NCBI GenBank assembly: GCA_036172245.1
Contig: JAYWIR010000001.1
Span: 2,790,001 to 2,854,000 of the forward strand
Reading direction: 5' to 3'
DNA from: Raillietiella orientalis
Taxonomy: Eukaryota
DNA: 64,000 bases
Part shown: in pieces, positions 13,150-25,670 of the stretch
Position numbering within the stretch: the stretch's first letter is position 1
Layout of the letters: every line of letters starts with the position of its first letter
Translations under genes and position numbers: made by a program
The notes under the pieces: model-generated
Database searches by the model: none
Told to the model about the DNA's origin: nothing
The model's input: only the letters and a program-made list of their open reading frames with translations

Positions 13150-16100
13150 TAGCGAGTAATGTAAGCTTCTGAAGAAGAATCAAAGATCAGCTGCTTTCTT
13201 GGAAATCCACAGCGATGAAATGACTCCAATGGGGAGGAGAACGGAGGGAACATCAGAAAGAGCTCCTTATGATGCTTATGGTGTATGCTGAAAAACTTCT
13301 GATACCACTCGGAATCCTCATTAATGTATCGCAAATACAACGTAGTGATAACGATCCAATGGATCTCATTACAAGCATTCCCGTATTTCACGCTAAGCGT
13401 GCAGAAGGAATCAAAGCATTCTGGTAGTCTGATCACCAATAATGTGTTTACAGGAGGAATCCACGACTCCTTGCAGGTAAGCAATTTGGGACGCAGGCGG
13501 AGGAGTCTTGCGTTTGGCCAATGGGCAGAAGCCAACGTCTCTTAAGAATCGATTGCTAAACATGCAGAGAGAAGCGTGAAAAGGAAAACAAGACGTGGAT
13601 TTTGCGTCAGGAATCCCCCCCAAAAGAAAAGAAAAAAGAAAGGTGCGATCGGGTGGTACTCTGAAGATCTCGGAATTCAGACGCGAGCACCTTCGATGCG
13701 AACGTGCTGGCAGTCACACTTTCAAAACAGCTCCTGCTGCTGCACCTTTCTGCGCGAGAAGTGTCAAGACTTCCGTGTACGGACGAACTCTACAGCTCGG
13801 TGAGGTGTTCGCCGCGCAGTAGCACCTGAGGAAAACCGTACGGAAAATGCACTCAGGAGCGCATCAGCCTCTCTGCCACATACGCACGCACATCCACTGC
13901 ACGCGATCCTTGAGAATTCGGCGACGCGGATCCGCGTGAAACTCGCATATCCCAGATCAAGCAGCGCTGTGCATGATGAGGTCTTTTAACTCGGAGACTC
14001 ACCTCTTTCGGACCCGCTTGAAAGTTGGTCCCGTCTTTTAACCCGGTGCAAGGAATGCATGGTCAGAAGCTGAGTGCACTCGTTTCGAAAAGAATATTGG
14101 CTTTTTTTCTATTACACCTTTTTTTCTTCTTCTTCTTCTTTTGAAACCGGTCGCGATAACTTCTAAATTTTGTTTCGTTTACAAATGAAAACGAAACAAA
14201 TGTAATCTGACATCACTCCCTCAGGACGAGTATGGATCCCGATCCTGAACTCTCAAGACTTAGAAGGCTACCCGATGGCTACAGTTCTCGTAAAAGGAAA
14301 CAGGGTTCCAGTTCTTCTATAGCTCTTCCAGTATGCCATCCGAACGTCTGCGTAACCTAGAACGCCTTCCATAAGAAACTACGATCATTTGATGCTGTAA
14401 CCACAATAGCTCGACCACCATCTGTGCCACTATACTATGGCACTATTTGCGATAGCTTGCAAAAGACCCTCAGCATCATTTACTGATACCAGCAGAACTT
14501 CTTATGCGCGCATTTACATTGGGATTCGTATGCCAGATCCGTTATCCAGATTCTAAATGAGTGGACCATCATCCCAGCTGGCACACGGACTCGATGTCAA
14601 CACTTTGTCATTGCACTTGAATTTGTTTCAGTTCTTGAAAACAAAAGATGTGGCATTCTTCAATGAGCTTAGTTGATGACCTCTTCACGTGAGGGCTATA
14701 GTCTATGTGAAATTGTTTTTATGAAGCATCGTGACTTTCTTGAGTGACCATTCTTTAAAGAATTGAGGCGCAGTGGTGATGTGCTGCTCGAAACTTTTGC
14801 TTTGATCAGAGTTAATCAGTAACCGCCATCCTTGGTCCTGTTTGAAACAGCTGCTGTGGATGCTGCTGCTAACCCCTTCCGAACGCATCATCATACACCA
14901 AGTTGTTTCTATCGGATCCGTTTCTTCTGTTGCTTCACTTTTTCACCTCTTCGCCCAATAGTCGATTCCTTCCTAGCATCCTTCATCACTCTGTATGCTT
15001 CCGTTGAGCCATTCTTTTCCTCCTTCATTGAATTTCGAAGATGAATGTAATTTTCACAAAACTCTTACTAGATGTCAGTTTCTTTACTGAATGATGCTAA
15101 GCATTCATATTGTCAGACAAATAATTACTTTTATGTAGTATCAGCGTGGCTGAGATGGTGTGGTTAAGATAATCTTTTAAACTAATGAGTGTCCTGTGCA
15201 TTTCATGACCGAAGCAAGGACTTGAATAGGCTGAATAAGCTGACTTTCGTGGACCACTAACTTCAAACAAGACGGAAACGCTACGCATAAAGAACCAGTT
15301 CGTCTCTGTGTTCCATTTTATTTTACTCAGAGTGCACCTCACATCCTGGTTTCCGTTTTTATAGCTACAGGGATGAAAATAGAGAACAAAAGGGTTTTAA
15401 TAGCTCATGTCATCAGTGCTTATCCATCTTGAAGTATCAATTTACGTGCATGAATTTTACTGTCCAAATCTGTTTATCAGCTATAAATGATTCATTGGTC
15501 GCTATATATCTTCAATTCGATGTAATAACTATCAAGCAGCTATTTCATCCTACCCCTATACAAATATACTGCTATCCTAGTCGACAGATTAATCCTCCAA
15601 TGGCACTGAAACTTCTACGATAAACCATGTTTCCTTCAGTAATCAGGAGAAAAAGGCAATCGTTACCTCTTGGATTAAGCAGTAAGTGAATGTCAAAGAC
15701 AGAGGGGAAAAGATACCACTTTCCAACCGAGTATCTGTGCATGCTTGGAGCATAGAAAAAACGGTTTCTCTTCTTTGATTTAACTCCTGTGAAGACATGC
15801 ATGACGATCACAGCATGGTAACCGTTCAGCACATACAGTCCCGGCATTTCCTAATTCACATGTCCACTCGCACCACAAAGAGCAGAAATAAAATTTTCCC
15901 CAGAGATCGTCTGTAATCTTCAGCTAATGTCATTGCAGATCTTTCCCATCAGCAAGTGGAACTCTCTGGGAAAACTTTCTTCTGAGTTACACATTGTTTC
16001 TCAGGAAAATCATCAGGATTTCCCTGACCTTTCAGGATTTGTTATGGTACGGACATTGTACACGAATGATTCACATGCAGAAATGTACTGTGTGGAACTT

Positions 16101-17046
16101 CATGCGCGTTATCCAAGGCTTAGCAGCACATATATCTCAGAATACTGGAATCATGGTCGCTGGAGCAACGAAAGACGTCGGGCGACTGCTGCAACAAGTG
16201 TTGATTTTCTACAATTTTCCTGTATTCATATCACAGTTTGCTTGTATTATTTGCTACTGTTACTATGTTTGCTTTCTTCAGAGTCACTTTGCGGCTGTCT
16301 CGGATGGCATTCCTGAAACATGCCTCCCTCTATTCTTGGAGTAGAACAAAACCATCTGGATTAGCGAAGCACCAATAGATATTGGTTAGAAACCCTTCTA
16401 AAAGTCAGAGGATGTCGCGCAAAACAGGTGTTCGGCTAAGGGGCAAACGTCTTCAAGTCTGTGTGCATGTATCCAAGGGAAACCATTACAAGAAATTCTT
16501 ACTCTTCGAGTCCAGCTGGCAGGTCTGTCTCCATTTTTCCACTTTTGAGAACCGTGCGTGAGACTGTTGCTATTCTGTACATTCAAGGAGTTACCCTCAA
16601 AATGCAAACTAAATTAGAGTTGCAAGCAATCTCTAAGATTCTGCTGCTTCTCTCTTCGTCAAATCAAGGCTGAATATATTCGGGAATCCATTCATCTAAC
16701 TTGCTGCTTGGTGAAGTAGCAAATCTCCAGAATGCGAGCCTCGGTCCAACAATCTTGGAAGAATTCGTTCTTTTTTAAGAAGACCCGAAGTGCAATCTGG
16801 TAGTCTGGGTTGGCATGGCAAGCACTGAATGAATTCCACCTCGTGTACATTTCTTGACATGAGTTCCAATAAAAGAAACTGGCGCATTTCGCGTGGCGGC
16901 AAATAAAGGGAACATCTCAGTATTCTTCCTTGGTGGGGTCCTTTATAGGTTTGTGCGGGCGAAGAAAAGAAATCGAAACAGTCGAACATGTTCTGCTTTT
17001 GCGAACAACAAATAAAGTTGTTGAAAACTTATCCCGGCAAAAACCT

Positions 17047-17077
<31 letters not shown>

Positions 17078-17300
17078 ACGAAGAATGTTCTTTTGAAAAA
17101 ATAATAATCGGAAAAATTCGACGAGATCATGGCAACCTGTTGCCTGTGCCGAGAAGTACGAAGCCAGGAACAAATTTGCCTAAGATGGAGAACTTTGCTG
17201 CCAGATTTCCAGAACAAAGAAACTCGATTGCGATGGAAGCAGGCTGGGGGTGCCGCCGCACAAATTTTAAAAAGGAAAGCATCTACAACATATCTCTACT
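13150..17300 (+). pseudogene. Decayed LRR receptor ectodomain (RLK/RLP)
   Basis: LRRNT-like IKDQLLSWKS...QWGG (~13180). LRR-like segments: SLITNNVFTGGIHDSL (~13430), QLLLLHLSAREV (~13730), MPSERLRNLERL (~14335), LEFVSVLENKRCGIL (~14615), FPEIVCNLQLMSLQIF...LGKLSSEL (~15895), LGEVANLQNASL (~16705), TFLDMSSNK (~16847). Confidence 0.6.
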
Positions 17301-17399
17301 AGAAGTCCCCATTATATGATTTTAGCAAAAAAAAAAAAAAATCTCAATTTCACAATCCTGAAGAACCTCAAGAGGTGCGCAAGAGGTGTGCGTATGCGA

Positions 17400-18400
17400 A
17401 AAACACCTAGCGATGCGTTCAGATTCGGATCCGCGTGGAGACGGACCAGACTCAGACATCATTTCTGTTGTGAAATGCGAAGAGAGAAGAGTGCGAACAA
17501 AAATGCGGAGTGCTGCCATCTGCAAATGGAGACGCATGCAAATCTCCCCTACCGTGTTTGAAAAGCACAGAATGCCGTTGAGGATCGGCCGCCGTGCTCA
17601 CGGGGAATCATGGAACTTCTATGTACTTCAGCAGGATAAACGAGAGATGCAGCAACCACACTGCTTCAGCTGGCATTCAGCCTAGACAGCTGTAGACATT
17701 TCGAGCCTACCGAGGATGCCACGCAACTGTGAAGCACTAAGATCATCTGCTTGTGGTGCATGCTTCACTTATTGTCCCTGGGAGTGTTCAAGATGAAATC
17801 ATTCAGTGAACTGAGAGTTCAAACGCGGGGGAGACGATTAATCGTGGTACATTCGAAGACGAACTCCAGAAACGAGAGGTCACGAACGAGGGAAGGAACA
17901 GGAGCTCATGCCGTTGATACGTCGAATGACTCCAAACTGCTGCTGCTGCTAATGCATGCAGGGACTACAAAAGAAAAGGCGCTCTCTCCTTTACAGAAAT
18001 TGCAACTTCGGTTAAGAGACATCCGCATAGCGGCGTGAGGCTTCCGGTAGGGCGAAAACGAGGATCCGCGCAGGTCAGCTGCCACAAAGGAAATGGGGAA
18101 AGCAGCGACCGGCGTAGGGCAAAGAACACCGCGCGCGTCGTGCGAACTCGACTGCTGTTATGACGGCTCATTTCCGCGATTGAGCACGGACGCGTCCACG
18201 GGAGCGTGCTTGTGGTTGTATACATTCTGACGGCGAGTGTGTACATTCTCTTGCTGGGAAGCATGTCGCTGAATAACTTTGGAAAGCTGATCGGCACAGG
18301 ATCAACTGAAGGTGTTCTCTGTGGCCGAGCAGATAGAAAGGGGATGTACAAATGGGATACGCTAGTCGCAGCACGAAAGACGAGGAAGAACGAAAAAGTT
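17400..18400 (+). mobile_element. Possible Ty1/Copia gag-pol relic
   Basis: VVYILTASVYILLLGSM...GVLCGRADRKGMYKW (ORF 18206) loosely resembles the Copia pre-integrase region (VLYVP...NLLSV...G...GLY). Weak. Confidence 0.25.
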
Positions 18401-18799
18401 CCGGGATTATTTGACGAGATACAAATTTACTTTTGGTTTACTTTGGAATTGGCCGGGAATAAAATGAAAACGAAACATCGTCAGATCCAAGCTGCAAGAT
18501 GGATACAGGGAGCAAAGCCGCATTCGAGCTAATTACTCTTCGCTTACGTCACTTCAGAACTGATTACTCAACCTTATCAGCTAATCAATTTCCAAAAACG
18601 TTCCTGGTTTTTTGTTGTTGTTGTTTTTTTTTTTTTTCATTTTTTTTCCGTTCCCGGGTTGCATCGGTATCCGTCGATCGATTTTTTTATACATGTTCTC
18701 AGAGCTCCTCGTATCTGCTTCCAGAATCTTTTTGGAACTTTGTCTAGAAATCGCTCTACGCCTGAGAAAATTTCAGTAATGCCGCGCTGACATTTCTAA

Positions 18800-21700
18800 C
18801 CGCTTATCTGGAGAGGAAGATTTGGATGATATGCTGATAAATGCGAAGCAGAGACCACTCTCCAGGATTAAACGGTGAGCGTCCACAATTACGTTCTTCC
18901 CTAAAAGCACTTGACTGTTTCTCGGAGGAGGTGACCAACACCGGTTTAGAATTCGCTTTCAAGGACGTACGAAGGAAACAGTACAGGAAACGCTGAAGGG
19001 AGCCACTGACTCCTTCCCCTTTCGCTGTTTGGCTGTTCCGAACTTCTTTCGAATCGAGAGCATCCAAATGTATCCAAGTTCCACTGCCGCTGGATTTGCT
19101 TCGGGCAACCATTAAGGCAGTACCTCCGTCCTATCAGCAAGAGTGCGCGTTCCCAAGGTCGGATCTGCGATTCGAACTGGTTGTACGGTTTTTATCCTGA
19201 TCACGGCTGATTTTTCATTTGGGAGAATCTCCCCGTTCTCCCGAAACATCACGGTGAAGATTCGAGCAGTGCTAGAAGCGAGGGCCACGCGGCAGGAATC
19301 CAAGAGAGCTTTCCCCTATCCTCCTGTGTTGCGCGGTATTGCGGAAATTCTGTCTTCAGGTACTTTAGAGACAATAAACATTCTGGATGCAACGAGAAAG
19401 ACAACGCTCGTGAAGGAAAACATGCACACGTACACTTTACCAACATCCGACGGACTATTACAAAACCAATAAAGTAATCGATCGAGGGCGCGCCTCCTCC
19501 ATGCTTATCCTCTCCGTTTTTTTTTTTTTTTTTTTTTCATTTTCTAGAAGTTCGATCTTGCGAAGAGCATTCAAGGATTGAAATTATACCGAATGAAAGA
19601 AAAAAAGACAGTTTCGCAGCATCCGGAGACTGCGTTCGCACGCGTGTCAGAGTAGCGTCTACACCCAGGCATGCCGATGGAACGTCTGTCTGCCACTAGA
19701 CCAGGGAAGAGCACACAGTCATGAAACCGCCTCAGCAGAAACTGAGACTACCAACAGATCCACGATCCCAATTAGTGTGATAGTGCGAGCTGCGAGGCGG
19801 CACGAGCGAACCTTCGACGGCAAAAACATGGAACGGGTCTTCGCTTCCAGTAGGCGTCTGCGGTTCATTTGCGTTATCTAACATGGAACTCAAAACACGT
19901 GTAAACAGACCAATAGAAGCCTCTGGAGAAAGAAAAAGCTTATCGAATCGAAAGCGAGGAGGAGTGTTCCGACTGGCTCTGTTTGGATTTGTTTCAAAAA
20001 GAAGCCGTTTCGGGGTAGGCCATACTTTAGGCACTCCTGGATGTTCCCGAAAGCACACAGGTTATGTAGAGGATGAGGAGTAGAAGTGGTTGATTCTCAG
20101 GCGGGGAATGGAGCAGCGCTTGGCTTCCTTCGTGTTCCGGATCCTTTTCCTCTCTGTATGCGGAAAAGAACCCTGTCGGTGTAACCCCACGATGACCCAT
20201 TGTTTCCTCTATCCCCCACCCGAATAGAACGACCAAAGCGTTGCGACGGAATCCCACGTGGTGACAAAGATCCCTAGCATGCTTCATGCTTCAGGTGTTC
20301 CTCTTGCCTGAATCCAGGAGCAAAGGGGGTTCCACTCCCGTTCAGTTTCAAAATTCAAAGGATCCTAGAAATCCGTTTTATGGGGGAAAGACAATCGCTC
20401 TCTTCTTAACTACCTGCCATTCCAATCCTCACACAGAAATGGGGAGCGGAGGAAGCTACTTGCTTGTGAACATTCTCTGTCAGTTGTTAACTGGTGTTTA
20501 AAAAAGTGCTCAATGAAAGTGTGGTGCTGACAGAACGAAAGAGTTCGTGTGCAGTTTTTGCATAATGGAGTGAAATTACTTGTGGAAGGTTCCTCAGAAA
20601 CTCGTGAGATGCTGCGAACGAACATACACGGATGAGTCACCGAAGCACCAAACCAGAAGGAGCAGTTGCGCGTGCTTTCTTCAGTACCAACAGCTAAAGG
20701 GAGAACGCGTTCGGAGACAGGAGAATGCACTCGTGAGGAGAACTCTTCCCACCAGAGGGTAAATGCATGGAATGGGGTGGAGAAGCAGTTCCATTCTTGC
20801 AAGTAATCAGTTCGCCCAGTGATGGAAAACAGACTGCCTGCCTACCCAGTAGCATAGCGACGCGGTAAACCAAACAAAAGCTGACAAAGCTGGTGCAGAT
20901 GCAATTAGCAGTTGAGCAAAAGATAGGGATAATATGCAAGGCATGCACGCATTAGAACAATCCACTGTCTATAACAAAGAATGAAGTTTCCTATTTTGAT
21001 GTGAATGCAAATGCTTGCGTCCTGCCGAGATGCGAAAAGAGCGACACACAAATGAGCAAAAAAGATTATTTTCGTAACATGAAGGGATTTTCGATTTCCC
21101 ATTTACTACGCATTTTGTGGAGAATGAACAGAAAGAGGACCAATTCGTTAAGAAGCCACCAGTTGACGGCGTGCTACAGCTCGAGCCAAGGGAAAGTGCC
21201 TCTGCAAAATTGGTCGCTGTAATACAATGCAACAGCACAGTGGGTTAGAGAAGTCGAGAAGAAATCATCCTTTAAGATCCAGGAGCGGTGGATGTGAGGA
21301 AAAGGAAATTCTGAAACCAACATTGGACTTGGACTTCCCTTTCCCTTCCTTCCTTTTCCTTCTATTGGATTTCGCATTGGTTCAAAAAGGCGAAATAAGT
21401 CTCGGTTCTTACGTTTGTAATTCAGGTACATGTGACAACCGAAGCTGTTATTCTTAAAAGTGTATGTTTGGTTTGCAAGCAAAAAATGTGTCTAATCCGT
21501 ACACAAACCGATCACGTAACGCTGAGATCAAGACAAGAAACAACCCTGAGTGTGAGATGAAGCTACTTGGATTTCGACATGATTTAAACATCGCAATCCG
21601 CAGGAACCTGGGAGAACACTCTTGTCGGTTCTTAAGCTGCTCACATGAGGAGACGAAAAGGCTCCAAGCTCGAAGACATGACGCATCACACAGGAGTAGT

Positions 21701-22850
21701 AAGATCGAAACAAAAGCTCGAATCAAACCATCTGCTGTGTGCGTGGACCGTACCAACTCCTCTTTTTAAACTGCGAGCTGCCTTTAAGAGCAGTGAGATG
21801 GATGACAACTGATAACCCTTTGAAAAAAACTCTGAGGAAAGAGCACACGGTTCGACTGAAGTGAAATTTAGCAATCCGGTATCGGTACCCTTCCAGGAAG
21901 TATTTTCAAGAAGGGAAAAAATCACCAACTCTGCTGCCGCCTGGTCTGCGAGAGAACCCAAGACGCAAGAGGAAAATCCAGTCATCTTGAAGAATTACGT
22001 GATGCAGGGATGAGAAACTTTTCGATGCGCAAGGGAAAACACTTTGGGCTTCTTTCTCTCGAAAATGTTCAAATCAGAGCAAATTGCCAGAGCTTCAGCA
22101 CTAAAAGGATGATCAGGGACAGTTACAAATGGCCATGACGCTTCGAATGTTGGAGGCGGGGAATTGTAAAATGTCTTGGCTCCTGTGGTGATCATCGATT
22201 CCCTTGTCGTGTCTTCCTGCATTGCCAACTGTTAAGAAAGGAAACGCGGAGGAATCCAAACGAAAAGTCAGTGGCATGAGCCATCTGAACATGCCATGAG
22301 AGAGAAGGAAAGAAGAAACGCAAGGAATGGTACGGAACGATGCCTGTTCCAGAAAAACCTTCAGAAACGGCGTCATCAACTTTACAGATGAAAGGAAATC
22401 CGCGAGGATTTGGCTGTTAAAACGGCAGCGGCCCGTGTCTGCTATGAAGAAACCGAAGACTGCGAGGACTGATGTGAGTTTGTAGTTGCAACCTTTCTTC
22501 AAGACGACAACCGGAAAGCACCGTTCTCTTGGCTTCACGTTCGGGAAACCAGAATTGCGGAACTTCCGACTACGTGACCGGAGTCAACGGCTTCGCGTCC
22601 CCAGGTGAGCAGCCGAGCAAAGAGTGACACCGTCGGGAAAAAAAACACGGGGCACCATGGTCCATGCTCAAACGGCAGGTCAACCCGTAATTCTGCGAAT
22701 CCACTCGCCGATCGCGATCGCTGGGAAGATGATCGACATCGGAACCCAAGGATCACGCAGTTCCTTCTGGGTGCTCGCTAAGGCGTGCACGCCGAGGGGG
22801 CAAAACGGGAAGTCGGAAATAGGTAAGTGGAGGTGGTTTCGTGGAAATTT
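18800..22850 (+). mobile_element. Decayed chromoviral Ty3/Gypsy pol (RT-RH-INT-chromodomain)
   Basis: RT-like SPFSR...AFPYPPVLRGIAEILSSG...INILDA...TLPTSDGLLQ (ORF 19143-19472); RNase H-like ERRKLLACEHSL (~20445); integrase-like EILKPTL...LLDFALVQKG (~21305); chromodomain-like RITQFLLGAR*GVHAEGAKRE (~22750). Confidence 0.6.
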
Positions 22851-23399
22851 CACATTCAGAAACTCTAGCCGTGACTCGAAAACTCAGGAGCACCAAATGG
22901 ATTACATGAAGATGACACAAAGTGCTTGCATTCAAAGCCGCGATGATGTTTCATTTCGGTTTCACATTTCAGCTGCTTTTGTTTTTATGGAGACGTCCAG
23001 TACTCCAAAAGATGGACCGCCATGAATAGCTATCGACAAATACAAACCAGCAAGCAGATGAATAGATCGATTGATCCCATCGAAAATAATTATTGATAAA
23101 TTACACTCGTGTAATCCCTGCATTGATTGAATTATACGAATCGATACGTAGCCATTACATGCAATTAAACTTGATGTATGTGTACAGAACACTTAATAGG
23201 CGATTACGTAGCTGCCTATAAATTACAGTGCATGTGGCGATTAATTTGCCACTATGGATACCAGCCGTGATGTGCGTCATGGTATCATTTTACTGCAAAG
23301 TATCCTTTTAATCAAGGAGTTTCAATGCACTTTGCATCGAAATATTTCACGTGATAGGTGATTTGGAGACGCACGCGAGTCGGTAAGTTTCAACACATG

Positions 23400-24600
23400 G
23401 GATTCTGTACACACCTCCTACGCAGAATGCAACTACCGGTGCCACTGCTACACCACTTGGGGTCACACACTGTTGGAGCTTTTTCCTTGTTCAAGAACCT
23501 TTCTTCGGTGAGGTGTCAAAGACAAGGATCCAAACACAGCAAGAATTTCACATTTCGATTTTCGAAAAAGCTTTGCCTTTGTGACGAGCGTCTGCGAAGG
23601 CAAAAAGCCGGGATTTTTCGTTTTCTCTTTCTCTACTATTCGGCAGAACACCCGTCTTAAATGGGAATGCCAAGATCGACAAGGAATCAGTTCTTTCACA
23701 CCGCCGGTTTCAATTGTATGTTTAGTTTTGTCAGCTGCGTCTTCTTCAGGTGAGAATCACCACCTTGAAAAGTGGACGGAAAGGCACATGCATATGAGCG
23801 CTTCTTCTGCGTTTCGTTGTGTACAGGCTCACATTCTCGAAAAACGCTGGTCCAACCAGCAACGGAAAGGAGAAAAACGAAAGGGGGGGAAACATAGTGC
23901 GATGCCGCGCACCTTCCCATCTAAGCAATGGAAAGAAGCGACCTTGCTGAACTGAGAGTGGCTAAAGCCCACAGGACATCTCGAAACATTATCCCAACTC
24001 GGTACAACAAAAAAGCCATCTTGCACTACCTTGCGAGATAAAGTTAAGGGATGCCGGTCCCTTCCCTTTTTCAGTCCCAAGTGAACCGAAACCCTTGGAG
24101 TGTTGTTGTTGCCTCTTAAGATTGGGTCGATTTCATTGCATCCGAAGAAAATAAACATAAACATTTTTTTTTTCCTTCCAGGATGCAAGACGAGCTGCAA
24201 ACAACATGGATAACAACAGACAAAAACAATAATGAAAACATCATGACAGAAACTGGGATAAGATTTATGATGTTTCCCATTGGATGCAACTAAATGACTC
24301 TCAGGGAGTCGAAACATTTTCTGGTACTCGCTTTTCCTTTATCCAGAATGAAACGTCCCTTGAGCAGCAATTTCAGTTTTCAATTCACAAACGCAAAAGT
24401 CCCGAGCTTGCTGATTGTAAATGCAGCGAACAGTTCAAAACTGACCACACTGCTGGATAGTAAATGGGATGGATGATTTCGTTTCGCGTCCTTTCGTTTT
24501 TCAGCTGCTCTCAGCATGACCTTCATCAAATAAGGAACATCGTCTGCCCTACTGCAATGTGGCAAAACATCGAAGTTCTACTGTTGCACGCAGCTTCCCA
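23400..24600 (-). mobile_element. Ty3/Gypsy reverse transcriptase fragment
   Basis: In order on the minus strand: DVPYLM (~24535), AFPSTFQ (~23775, cf. NAPSTFQ), SWHSHLRRVFCRI (~23660), FRKSKCEI...PHRRKV (~23500-23565). Confidence 0.5.
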
Positions 24601-25615
24601 TTTGACGTCTTTCCCTTTTGCTGGACACGGAAAAAATTTCTGTAGCAGAGCAGACTGCAACAGGCGATGCAATAATAATCCAATAGCAGCGCAGAATAGA
24701 TTACGAGAGTCCCCACGTTTCCGTTCCATTATCAAACAGTCTACTGCAAATAGATGTTCCTGCTGAAAAGGAACCAGGGCGAAATCTCACAACCAGGTAA
24801 ACTTGCAATTCTACACAAAGGCGCAGAGGGAAGACAGGGTGCAGGATTCTTCCTGGCCGTGAAAACGGGACCGCCAAGGTTCGTGTACGTCTCTTCATGT
24901 GGGGATCTGTGCTGTTTCCGACGAGTGCAAAGACATCCGATGCATGCTTGTGTGCTTCCGACTGCTGTGTAAAAAGGTTGCCCTCCACCCTCCCACCCCC
25001 AAATAATAAATGAGCCCGTGTGGAGATTCACAATGAGAAGCTTTGCAGGAAGATCTGCCCATGGAACATTAATTACATGCTTTGGTGTTACTGCCCAATT
25101 CGTGCACTGAACAGTGTCAGTGTATACGATACCTATTTAACCAGAAAAAGTAAAGCAACGGATCGAAGCTTTGGCAGGAAAGGGAACACTCTTGCCGTTC
25201 CAAAAAAAGAAAAATGAAGCTCCCAATACTAATTGATTTTAAAATGCGTTGTTTTCTGTAGACAACAGTTTGAACCAGCCGGAGAAAGTACCTGAAAGGC
25301 TTTCGAATGAGACAATATAAATAGGAGTTTTCCTGCTGTTTTACCCTTATTTAAAAAGCTTTAGAGGAATCATAAAATCTCCACTGCGATAACATAGCAG
25401 AGCGCATATATCTCTTCACTCGTTGATGATTATTAAAAACAAAAACAAAATAGTCACACGCACCTATTGGTAAATATTTCACGACTTATCTCAATTTATA
25501 TTCACGGAATCACTTCAATCCTACTCTGTTTACAGAGGACTGATAGGTGACCATTGCTAACAGGCTTCCTCAAGCGAGGCCTGCAACCACAACTTGGCAC
25601 GATCCAAGACCTGTA

Positions 25616-25670
25616 TCTCCTCAGTAACAAGCTGTATAAATTCAATTTATACAGCTTGTTACTGAGGAGA
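25616..25670. repeat. Perfect palindrome: 27-bp arms with a 1-nt spacer
   Basis: TCTCCTCAGTAACAAGCTGTATAAATT-C-AATTTATACAGCTTGTTACTGAGGAGA. The arms 25616-25642 and 25644-25670 are exact reverse complements. Confidence 0.98.

Noticed and set aside
13298..13307. tRNA-Met primer-binding-site-like TGGTATCAGA on the minus strand
   Set aside because: Only 10 nt match, there is no adjacent LTR end (…CA), and it sits inside LRR-like sequence.
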